Source of the DNA: Epiperipatus broadwayi | Taxonomy: Eukaryota > Animalia > Onychophora | DNA length: 64,000 nucleotides | NCBI GenBank assembly: GCA_028023455.1 | Contig: JAQFVV010000001.1 | Span: 11,532,001-11,596,000, forward strand | Direction: 5' to 3' | In this document: piece after piece, positions 24,629-36,020 of the stretch | Numbering within the stretch: the first letter of the stretch is position 1 | Layout of the letters: each line of letters begins with the position of its first letter | Position numbers and translations under genes: made by a program | Notes under the pieces: generated by a model | Database searches by the model: none | What the model was told of the DNA's origin: nothing | Seen by the model: only the letters and a program-made list of their open reading frames with translations

Positions 24629-26040
24629 ATGTCTAACGCAGTGGAACCAGATAGCCCGGAAATAAATTTTAAAGATGCGGCCAAGTTATTGTATGATTAT
24701 GAACAAAAGAATGAATCATCTAATATCAACCTGAATGGTCAGGATAGTATCTTTCAACTCATACAACAACTGATGAAAGAAAGTAGAGACCAAGAAGAAA
24801 GAACCGCAGAATTTCAGAGAAGGAGTATGGAAATGATGAAGGAGTTAAGAAGAGATATTGATGAATTGAAGGAGTTCAAGAAGAGATATTGATGAATTAA
24901 AAAGACGCTGAAGCAATTAGGATGATGATGAGACACCAAAGTCAATGGAAAGGAACAATGACGAATTGAAAATGACCCAGGGTCAGAAGTCAACCAAGAA
25001 AAAAAAACTCCTGAAGCCAGCCCGGACAGGTCAGCAGAAGTGATTTAGTACAAGAAATGTGAAAAGACGAAGATACTTGGAAGAAAAGATGGCCATACTC
25101 CAACATGAGAATCTAGAAACCGTACAAGAGCTGAAACAAGAAGTGAGTCCGCTCAAAAGAACTATGTAACCAATTATGAAGAACAGAACAAATATAAAAA
25201 TACATTTCCCAAGAGACCCAAAACCCAACCAGGGATTAGATTGTTATAATGACAAAAGGAAAATGAAAGCAGAATCACCAGAATACAAGAATTAAGGGAG
25301 TAGAACCTGCGGCCCACAACCAAGGATCCTCATCCATATCACGCTTCATACAAGCACAGATTTTTAAGGGAATCCTTTAAATACCTTGAAAGTCTGCAGG
25401 AATTGTTCTTTTTCCCAAGCAAGTGATGTTGAACATGTGGCTATAGCTAGCTATTACTTAAAATCTACAGCTAAGGACTGGTGGTGATCGCTGCAGAAGT
25501 AGCTGACCAGTGCCACAAAACCATTGTACTGCAACACTACTGGAGTGAAGAATGCCAGGAGGGTATCCTGCATTCCCTGATGAATGAAAAATATCAGAAC
25601 AATCACCAGCAAATGCAGTCAGTTCTTTCTGTGCCAAGTGGCAAAGTTCAAATCACTAACCGCATTCACATATTCGGACTGCCACCTTATACATCTCATT
25701 TGAAATAATATGCCTGTCAGAATACAGAGAATGATGCTGAACAGTCAACTTTCCACGGTGGATGGCATAACAAAATTCCTGACCTCAATACATTATGGAA
25801 ATCTTGCTCCAGAACCTGAAGTGCCGAGATTCCATGAAGGAAACAACTGTTACGGAAAGAAACTGTCCAAGAGGATCCACTAACTAAGAGAAGAAAAATG
25901 TTGACTTTTGTTAAAGGAGACCATGATGCTGTAAAAACCATACAGACATTAATGAATTCAAATCCAGGGGATCAAGACCAAAGCCAAAATCATGAGGTAG
26001 ATGACAACAGCCTAAGGATGACCATTATTCTAGAGGAAGG
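24629..26040 (+). pseudogene. gag: Gypsy gag of element B, multiple stops and frameshifts
   Basis: Coiled-coil N-terminus with a 30-bp internal duplication (24841-24900). Fragments VAIASYYLKSTAKDWW* and LQHYWSEECQEGILHSLMNEKY align with gag A. Confidence 0.85.
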
Positions 26041-29000
26041 ATGATGCTTCAAACAAAGAAAATCTTAAATGTTAACCCAACAATCGATGTGACAATAGGC
26101 ACCCACACAATCCAGGCACTATTGGACTCAGGAAGACAGGTGTCAATTATTCCCAAGGAGTGGATTATCTCACTGAAAGATAAAACTAGCATTATGCAAT
26201 TTCCAACATGCCCCATTCAATTCACGTTGGCAAATGGAAGGACAATGAAAAGTGAGAACTACCAAATGTGGATGGAAATTAGAGTTAACCAACAAATAGG
26301 TCATGCCTTCCTTATCATGGCTGGATTATTGTATGACATGGTCCTGGGATCCGATTTTCCTATTTAGAACCAGGGTGTTATTGACTTCCAGCAAAAGCAG
26401 TGCAGAATTCACAGTGATCACATCACATTTAAAACTACCCCACAACTGATAGCCAAAAGGACAATCTGTCTAATCCAGCCTATAGACCCAGTGCAAATCA
26501 ACACCAAGATTAATGAATCTGCTATTATGGAACCAAGGAATCGGCAAAGGATGCAGAGAATCCTGGAAGAATTTGCCTCAGTATTCTCCAGTACCCCTGG
26601 TCAAATAAGGGGCTATACTCACCAGATAAGTCAGGGAGGAAACTTATACCCAGGCAAAAACTTATCTGATCCCCTTTCAATATAAGGATGAAGTTGATAA
26701 CGAATCAAACACATGAGGGACTGGTGTATTATTGAAAGAGGCCCATCACCATACAACAATCCTCTAGTCATGGTCAAAAAGAAAAGTGGGGAGCTGCGGC
26801 TATGCCTGGATGCACATTGTCTAAACAGCATGTCTATCTCAGAGAGAGATGTCCCTCCTACCATCCAGGAAATTTTTGTTCAATTAGCTGGAGAAATGAT
26901 ATTTAACACTTTGGACCTTACCACCAGTTATTGGAAAATGAATCTTGACCCCTGTGATCGAAAATACACCACATTACAGTATAATGGGAAAACTCATATG
27001 TTTAAGATGGTCCCATTTAGACTCATTAATAGTGGTGCAGGGCTTATGCTGTGTTTAAAGAAGGTGCTGTCAGAAGAACTACAGCAACAAATGATTTGCT
27101 ATATAGATGACATTGTTATCGCTTCAAGAAACCTGACTGAACATCTACAATGCTTAGAGAAATTTTTCCAAGAATGTACACAAGAAAATATTACAATCAA
27201 CCTTGAAAAAAATAGGTTTATGATCACAGAAATATCTTTTTTGGATCATGTTATCAAAGCACAAGGAATTAAGGTGCATCCTGATAAAATCAAAGCTATT
27301 GAGCACTTTCCAAAACTCATTAACCATAAGCAGGTCCGATCTTTCCTTGGACTGCAATTTCTATCATATAAATTCTATCCAGACTTTGCTAGTGACACTG
27401 CTCATCTTGTTGAACTATTAGAAAGACAGGGGAGTGGACCCATATTCACGATTGAGAGCTCCAATCGATCAAAACAAATATCTTACATGCTGTCATGCTC
27501 CATCATTCCCGACTTTACTTGTCCATTTTACCTGCAAATGGACAGCAGCAAAAGGGGTCTGGGAGCAATTCTATTCCAAATAGACAATGCTGGAGAACAC
27601 CGGATATTATATTTCAGTAGCTAGACACTAAAAGAGGCAGTTCATTACACGACAACTGAACAAGAAACACTTGCCATTGTCTGGGTATGCCAGAAATATA
27701 AGCAATTCTTGCTAGGTTCAGAGGTAATCATCATAACTGATCACAAATGTCTTGAATTTCTAAATAAAAGCTTCCTCACCAATGATCAACTGATCTGATG
27801 GAGCTTGATCCTCCAACAGTTTCAGTACAGCATCATATACTGCCCTGGTCAGGAAAACAATGTGGCTATATTTCTTTGGTTCCCTCCCAATGCCCAAAAC
27901 TTTACAAAACAGATTTTACCGAAAATTATTATGCTCAACCCCATGAGATAACCTTAGAATCAAAATTGAAAAACATAAAGGAATGGCAGAAAAATGAACT
28001 GCAGTACAATCAGATTATAAAAAAAAAATTTAAAATAAAACATCGAGATGATCCCAACACCAAGCAATACCGATAATATAGGCTGAAGGATTCTACAAAT
28101 AAAAACAAGGAGCCAAGATAATCCCTGGAAGATATTGGCCCCCAGTATATTAAGAAGCTATATCATCGGGGCACTACAGACCCTGAAAAACATGAGGCAG
28201 TGAGGTGCCAGTTCTACTGGCCTGGAATGTATTTTCAAATCCTGCAAGTTTTACGGAAATGCTCTATTTGCGTTTAACATAAACTATCGAACAAATCATA
28301 TGCAAGGATCACTAATCCTATCCTTGCATCACATCCAAATGAGTTGTTAGCAATCTATGGCCCTTACCAAAATTTTTGGCAGTTCCAATATTTACTTATC
28401 ACATATGACGTTTTTCCAAATATGTCCGAGCTGACTCTGTCAGGGCAGCAGATTCAAGAGGAACAATATGCATCCATCAAGAATGACAGTTCCCAGTAAG
28501 TGGGAAAGCCCTGCACCATTCTCTCTGATCATGGCTCAGCTTACACCTCTAAGGAGTGAAAGAACTGGGTTGAAAAAACGGGCTGAACCATCAACTTGCA
28601 TCCATCAGAAACCCCCAGTCGAACCTGTGTGAGAGAGTAATGAGGGAGATGAACTATTTTGCACATTCACGTCTACCAATCACAGGGGATGGGTAAACAA
28701 AACAGAAGATTGTGGACTACATTAATAACTGTAAATGAGTACAGGGTTTACCCCAAGAAGGCTCCACCAAGGAAAGCCCTGTCCAAACCTCTTCAAAATA
28801 CCATTGCATATGGAAGAAACCCAGATCAATCCAGAAAGACCAGGAAGCTGCACGACTACAATTAGCATGTATGGCGACAATTCATAAAAGGAGGCGATCT
28901 ATCCGGTGACATCAATTTCAGGAAGGAGAAAAGGTCTGGCTCCAGGCACCCAAGCCCAGCAATACTGGCCGGAAGTAATTTAAGAAGTTCTTCCCATTAT

Positions 29001-29140
29001 ACCATGGGCCATATACCCTTCGGAAGGGATATGAGAATAATGCCTTTGTATTAGAGGATGAACAAGAGATTAAAAGGTCTTACAGTGCGAAGCATTTAAA
29101 ACATTGTGTATCTTCAGATCCCGGAAAATATCATTATTAA
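26041..29140 (+). pseudogene. pol: Gypsy pol (protease-RT-RNase H-integrase), disrupted
   Basis: ALLDSGRQVS protease; PSPYNNPLVMVKKK..LRLCLD, YIDDIVI RT; LQMDSSKRGLGA, TEQETLAIVW, TDHKCL RNase H; FYWPGM..KCSIC, SDHGSAYTS integrase; PLYHGPY module; ends ...CVSSDPGKYHY*. Confidence 0.95.
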
Positions 29141-29445
29141 AAAAAAAAGAAACCATAGACAAGCAAAGCCGAAAACAATGGAAAATGCAAATGGACATGC
29201 TCACGTTATGAATCCCTGTACCAAAGATTTCACTTAATAATAATAATAATAATAATAAGTTGCAAAAAAATGATTTTTTTTCCATACTAGAAACTCGATC
29301 TAAACGAAGAGGCAGTCTTTTCAATAGGAGCAAAATTTCACACTTTGTTATTAAGATTGTTTTTCTCACCAAAATTATAGTAGACTCGAACTAATGTAAT
29401 TTTTTTAATTGATTTTTTTTAATGATCACTTTAAGTCATGAAGTA

Positions 29446-32319
29446 TGAAGTAGTCAATGTCTAATCACATCGAGCTTCGTGCTTCGCCAGCTATAGTAAC
29501 CTGTAGAGCCCGCAATTCAGACCTCGCATATATATCTGCCTTTTTCACACATTGCATCACAATAATTAAAAGAAAAGCTATATAAATATTTAGTAAAAAC
29601 AAAACAGTAGTTTGTGTGATGTATATATATATATATGAACGAAGCAATGATTTAGTAATATTTATTGCTGAAATTTATATTCTTTTTATATATGTATATT
29701 TTAATTGTATTTGCAATTAAAAAGGTTCAGCATATTTTAGAATAGTTGCTAAGCAGAAGTAATCTATTCTCTTTATATAAGTTATTTCTTGCAAATTAAA
29801 TGTCAAAATTTTAATTAAAACTATAAAGAATTTTTTTGTTTAATTTTTAGTAAATCTATACAAAATCTGAAATAGCTTAAAAGGTATTTCGAGCCTTATC
29901 TTTAAATTTTTATTTTACTAATTAAATATTTTACTAATTAGAATTAAGATTACAGGAATAGCTGCGGGAAAGTGAAATCACATTCTTGGGGGGATTAAAA
30001 AATGTATAAAAGAGCCCATAGAACAAAAGATGTCAGTTAGTTAGTAAATTCTTTCAGAACATTAGATTCAGTAAGTAAATTTTCAGTGAAAGTGATTCAA
30101 GATCTTTAAATTTAAGAAGTTAACACAAGTTCGGCACTATGAACTTTGAGTAGAGGGAATCTAGCGCCCTTAAGAGTCTGTCTGCCTTCTGCCACGGCAA
30201 TGCTCTGTTCATTGGACCAAGCTATTAGATGACTACCTGAGTGCTGTCCCTGACTGTCGCCTGCTCTGCTTTCCTGAAGAAACCTTAGTTAATGAAGAGC
30301 TGCTTTAAATTTGTATAATGTGTTGCGAAACTATGATTTCCTTAATGTATTAATTTATAATTCCTGCTAATCTTGCTCTTGAAATCTCTCTCTGTAATTC
30401 CTACAATTTTTGTGTAATTTTGACTTACTTTTCACGCTTAAATTTTTGTATATAACTTTGTGCGGCTCCATTAGAGATTTTAACATATTCCTTTTATGTA
30501 TATAAACAATTTATTATATTTAATTAATATGTCAATATCATTCCATTCAACCTCACAAGTCTAATAAAGGGTTATTTTATTTGTTTAATGGGAAAACAAG
30601 CAGGAACTTCATCTAAAATTTATTAGTAAAGTCATTCATTTTAACAGAAATCGCTCGCTAGGTTGGTTTTTATATCCAAATTTTTTGTTCTCATTTTCTT
30701 ATCTAAAATATTATTGTGGGTGCATACTTTATTATTTGAATTTATCCCTAAATTGTAATTTAAAAGATCGTGAATCTTAATATTATTATCATCCTGTCTT
30801 GTCATTTGCCTGGAGGGTCCTAGTTCTGTTTTTAAAAAAACAATGATGGGAATCAAATTTTAAAATAAATTTTATTAGGAATAGTTAAAAGAGTTATTAT
30901 CCGTTATAATTTGATTAATGATTCTTTGTTTAAACATCATTGCACAGAGGTCAAACCATTTTAAGGGGCTAGAATATAATGATGTAAATTTATCACTTAG
31001 GTATAATGCTGCTGGTATACTTTTTCTTTCTCTTATGGTACTTACATATATATGTTTTTTTATTGCTTTATCATTGGGGACTTGAAGTCCGAAGCTTCCC
31101 ATCCTACTTTCTCAAAATCATTTGGAATATGCTACAGTCTGTGGAACGCGAGGTTTATGGGGTTTTGATTGTCCTGCGGAATTTCATACAGCTGGTTCTG
31201 GGCACTGGAACCCAACCTCTCCATTAGGTATCATTCCACTACAATGCGGGACATAGACCAACCCTGATTCGTTCTCAAATATGTTAAAATGGTGAAGTAT
31301 TCAAACTACCATAAGATCCGTATTTCTCTAATGACATGCTAGTATCGTTATTGTTTTATTAAATTGATTTATGCCTATTTGTCTTTTCGTTAGTCGCAAT
31401 GAGGTGTTGGAAAATGATTCATTCATGAAATGCGCCATCATGCTAATTAGTCAGTATGCTGTTTTTAATCTGCCTTCTTTTAAAATACTAATTGATTCCC
31501 ATAGATGCAAATCAATACATATTCTTTGTAAAACCTTAATGATTATTATACCTTATCCCTTCCTGACAATGTAACGCATTGTTTGTTATTTGTATACTTA
31601 TTCTAAAGATACTATTTCCAAACAATGACTGTCAAACATATGTAATGATTTTAGGATTGTAAATAAATGATTGAGACTTTATATTTACATTTATTTGTCA
31701 AAATGATTAATGCTAAATTATCAAGCATCTTTTTGTAATCCGAATCTGTTTCGATCTTGTAGATTGTTTTATTCATCCACAACATTCTATTTGTAAATTG
31801 GCATATTCAACTCAGCAGAAGTTATAATTCATTCAGTAACAATTATGTCCATTGAATAATTAATGTAAAGGGGATTATATAAAACAATTCCCGAAATTTT
31901 GTAAACAGTTAACATTATACCAAGCGTGAAATATCTTTGTGTAATATATATGTGTTCTCCTAAAATTTCATTAAATTTATATAATACTTAAATCCTGGTT
32001 TCTAAATTATTATTTTCTTTTAATTAATAACTATAATTAACAAAATAACTGTAATAAATGTAATTCCTGGGCTACTCTTATCTTGATGATCATCATCAGT
32101 CTGATCTTATGCTCTACTACTGTTTCCAGGCCTGGAATTAAAATACTTATGCTGTATAATCGGAATTGTTGTTCATAGTGTCAGAGACCTGAATAATAGG
32201 CAAATAGGTTAGAATTCAAGATTGCTCCAGACCTGTGTATCTTGAGCATGATTGGATTTGAGGTACTTTTGCTTGGATTTTTAGTCTTGTTGTGCGAGCA
32301 GACATTTTCAACTGGTACA
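29446..32319 (+). repeat. 3' LTR of element B (2874 bp)
   Basis: Starts TGAAGTAGTCAATGTCTAATC, ends AACTGGTACA, followed by the GTAC TSD. Confidence 0.95.
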
Positions 32320-33516
32320 GTACATTGTATACAATGATCCTAGATATTTATCTACTTTGTGAATTTATTATTATTTTTTGGCCCCTGAGATTTATTATTA
32401 TGATTTCAACTTGAGATATTCACAGATATGTATATTTTGCATTGGGTAAAGAGACTTTCCTTCACATGATTATCTACATATATTTGCTTTCTAATACAGG
32501 TGATTAATAGGCCTATTTATTGTCATTTCTGATTCATTTCTTTTAGTGGTTGGATCCAAAGTACCACATATAGACTTAATTTTTGTAATAGCCTTTGTGT
32601 GTGAACATGTATAGTGATTAAGGCTGCTGGTTATTGATTATTTGTTAATGTCATTGTGAAAAATATATGGGCACACATCTGGATAAATTGTTGAGTCATT
32701 ATTAAACTTCAAGGATTATTTAATAGTACTAAAAGTAAAATCTAGGGGAAGTGTAATATTTAAACTACTAGCTATTAAATACACTATATGCTTAATTGAA
32801 AAAAATTAATTAATATTCAAATTTTATCATATTCAAATAACTGTAGTATTTAAACCCACAACCGAGTTGTATATTGTGCTTTGTTAACTTGTTAGTAAAC
32901 CTTGTTTATTGATTGTTAGATTTGTTTTGCATTTTATTTACTGTTGTCTGCTCTACCAATTGCTATTTGCTAAGAATCTGCTCTCCATAATCTAAAGGTG
33001 ATTTTAAACATATGAATGATGGTACAGCTGGATAAGCACCTATACTTGATATCCTTTATCAGTAAATTATAAATTTTTTAGGCTAGACGTCTAGTGGTGT
33101 TCTCTGATGATGAATATTAATTGTCTGCTTTCTGTTATAATATATATTGAGATTAATTAGTTAAATGTAAATTGTTGAAACTAATTATTGTTATTTCACA
33201 AAAAAATGTTATATATTATGCAATAGTCACTTTAAAATTTATAGTATCTCTAAATTTGAGATACCAGAACAAATTATAAACAATTATTGAGTTGTTGCTG
33301 TACTATCCTTTTGCTTTGTCTTCAAAACTTAACTTATATAATCTTAGAAATTAAACTACATAAAGTATGGATATTTTATTATAATTTTCAAGTTATTTAT
33401 TAAAACTAAGACATTTTATTAAGGTGATATTTTGTTAAATAAAATACTGATTTTGATTTTTATATGTTTTTTATGATTTTTTTTTTTTTTTAGAAATGGA
33501 AATCAATTAATCAATC

Positions 33517-34032
33517 ATGCTGTTATTTTCAAGAAGTTATGTATTTTCTTCATATTTTCAAAATCAAGTTTTATCTAAAGCTCCAATTTTTAGAACATTG
33601 TTTTTATCATTAGTTATTAATAAAAAAATAGATGTAGCACCTGTAAAGCTAACTGAAAATGTAATCAATGCTAAGCCCAAAAAGATGGTTAGCATAGTAA
33701 ATGTAAATGGAGACTTTATTGAAACAGTTACTATTGGTAAAGCTGTCTACAAAGCTCGACAATCAAATATGAAAATGGTGTTAATAGAACCACATGCAGA
33801 TCCATATCCAATTTATAAAATAATGACTAGCCAACAACTTACAGAAGAAAGATTTAAAATTCATAAAGAAAAAATAGATTTGAAAAAACTGGAAGGTCAA
33901 AAATTGCAAATAAACGTATCAATAAAAAATCAGGACTTGAATAGCAAAATCAAACAGATCTTAACTTGGTTAAAAAATGGATATTCCATTAGATTAACAA
34001 TTATTGGAGAAATAGGTGCTGAGGAAGTTATG
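33517..34032 (+). CDS. MTIF3: Mitochondrial translation initiation factor IF-3, coding exon 1 (172 aa)
   Basis: Presequence-like N-terminus (R/S/F/L-rich, no acidic residues); IF3-N motif VSIVNVNG...AVYKAR..MKMVLIEPHADPYPIYKIM; IF3-C motif KLQINVSIKNQDLNSKIKQILTWLKNGYSIRLTI. Strong poly-T acceptor at 33492-33493; phase-0 GTAATT donor at 34033. Confidence 0.9.
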
Positions 34033-35399
34033 GTAATTATTTTAATATGCATTCAAATATATATGAATTAGCACACACAGAAACATCTCTAGAAAACTTA
34101 TTATGAAATAAGATATTAGATACTATCAGTTTTTTGACTTGTAAATTTTAGCTCATTAACACAATAATCTATATTACTGATTATAAATGTACCTATATAC
34201 ATACTCTCTGACACGTGAGTTTGAATGAAAAGTTCTAAAAATGTTGTATGATCAGATAAGATTTCTTTTGTAGTGTCTCATCTGTATGTTCTCGCTGTAA
34301 TTTTCAATATCTTTATAAAAAATGATGTTCTTTCATAATGATATAGTCCAAACATTGAGACATATTACTATGTGAAAATTTCAGAATATTAACAGTTGAG
34401 TTTCAGCACATTCATAAAATAATTTGTTATCCAGGAAGGCATTTTATTTAAATTTATGATTAAGATAATTGTCAAAAAAATAAAAATTAAATATTTGCAC
34501 TTAAAAAATTATTAACACACTTAAAAGATTTTTATTTTGAAACAAATATCTTAATGCAAAATAGATTGAATGATATTTCAAAGATATTTCTAATATTAAT
34601 TATCTAAATTATCATTTCTTTTTAGATCTTTTATTTACTTACTTAAAATGTTGAATAAATGATAAAAAAAGATAATCATTTAAAGAATAAAGTTAAAATA
34701 AATAAGTGGGCTTTATGATCAATAAAACATTACTAATCTTATTATTTTTATCTCAACATTTATAACTTTAATTTGTTACATGTTCATGTTTATACTATAT
34801 TTAGGAAATATTTTATTAAAAGGTAATATTTTATTAATGCTACTCATTATTTTTGAAGTTCAGTTTTTCTACTTGCAAATAACAATCGAAAATTCAATAT
34901 AGTGATTTTTTCATCTATTTTAAATACTTTTATTTTTCTAGATAACTATCATTTTATATTGATCATTGTTTTTAATTATTACCATAGCAGATTGTAAATC
35001 TTTTAAGTTTAATTTCTTTGATCCTTAGGTGTTTTTTTTTTTTTATATCATTCTAGCAAACTTCCCTATTTTATTTATTCATCTCACAAAAGTACGATAT
35101 TGGGATCCAATTTATGATATCAGTTGTCCATATATTTTCTAATGTCATGTCCAAGCCAACACCACTCAATTACTATTTTGAAAATATCTAATAATTCCAC
35201 TCTTCCTATAGCTTTTTCATTCTTTACCGATTTAATTGAATTTCTCACCTCTTCATTGAAATAGTTTGAATTTTAAAATATGTATTAATATTATTTGGTC
35301 TTTGTAGAATTCTTCCACACATTTCATGATATCAGGTTTTTTTTTTTCTTTTTTAAACAACTTCTCTTCCAATAACAAAATGTTTTATATTTTTGGTTG

Positions 35400-36020
35400 T
35401 TCTTTTTATAGCATTTCTTTTTCCTTTGCCTTGTCTCAGTTGAACATTTACTAGTAAATTGCTTCTTTTTTTTGTACAAGTTTTTCAAGTAGCAGTTTTT
35501 AATAGCATATCAGTTATGAGCCATCTTCAAAAGTTATTAATATTTTCAAAAGGTTTACAAGTTCTAGCTTAAATTAACTAGAATATTTCTGAAAGTACTT
35601 TTGCCCTTAGTTCTGCATCCATGATCATTTCCTATGTTGTGTAAACACATTATAATTATGAAATATATTTTTGTTTTAATCAAAATATAATTTAATTCAG
35701 CTGTGATTTCATTTGAGTGTTTCCATATCTATTTCCAGTTTGCATTTTTTTTTAAAAGAAGGAATTCTTTGTGCACTATACAATTGTTTTTCTTCTGAAT
35801 ACTCTCATATATTTATTATATTTACCCACAGCATTTTCATTTTTCAATTGTTTTTCATTTCAGCAATTAAATGTCTCATGACATTTTAAAAATATTGTGT
35901 GATATGATCAAAAGCATTCTATAAATTTATGTAAAAATCTGTAAGTCTTCATCACAATGAGAACTTGATATATACATGAATTATTTGCACTTGTAATTTT
36001 CTATTTAATTGAATAATTAA
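35400..36020 (-). mobile_element. Heavily decayed RTE LINE fragment (APE region and downstream)
   Basis: 35940-36020 aligns with the APE segment at 80-170 (TTCATCACAATGAGAA...TTTAATTGAATAA). The left boundary is approximate. Confidence 0.6.

Larger units (their letters stand above)
20675..32319 (+). mobile_element. Element B: full-length decayed Ty3/Gypsy LTR retrotransposon with 4-bp TSD GTAC
   Basis: LTRs 20675-23545 and 29446-32319 (TG..CA); GTAC at 20671-20674 and 32320-32323; gag followed by PR-RT-RH-IN. Confidence 0.95.

Noticed and set aside
29070-29372. 100-aa minus ORF after pol B
   Set aside because: Overlaps the integrase end and an (AAT)n microsatellite; low complexity with no counterpart in element A.
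34033-34071. C-terminal VIILICIQIYMN of the track's 184-aa ORF
   Set aside because: Read-through into the intron past the GTAATT donor; IF3-C is completed by the exon at 48407.
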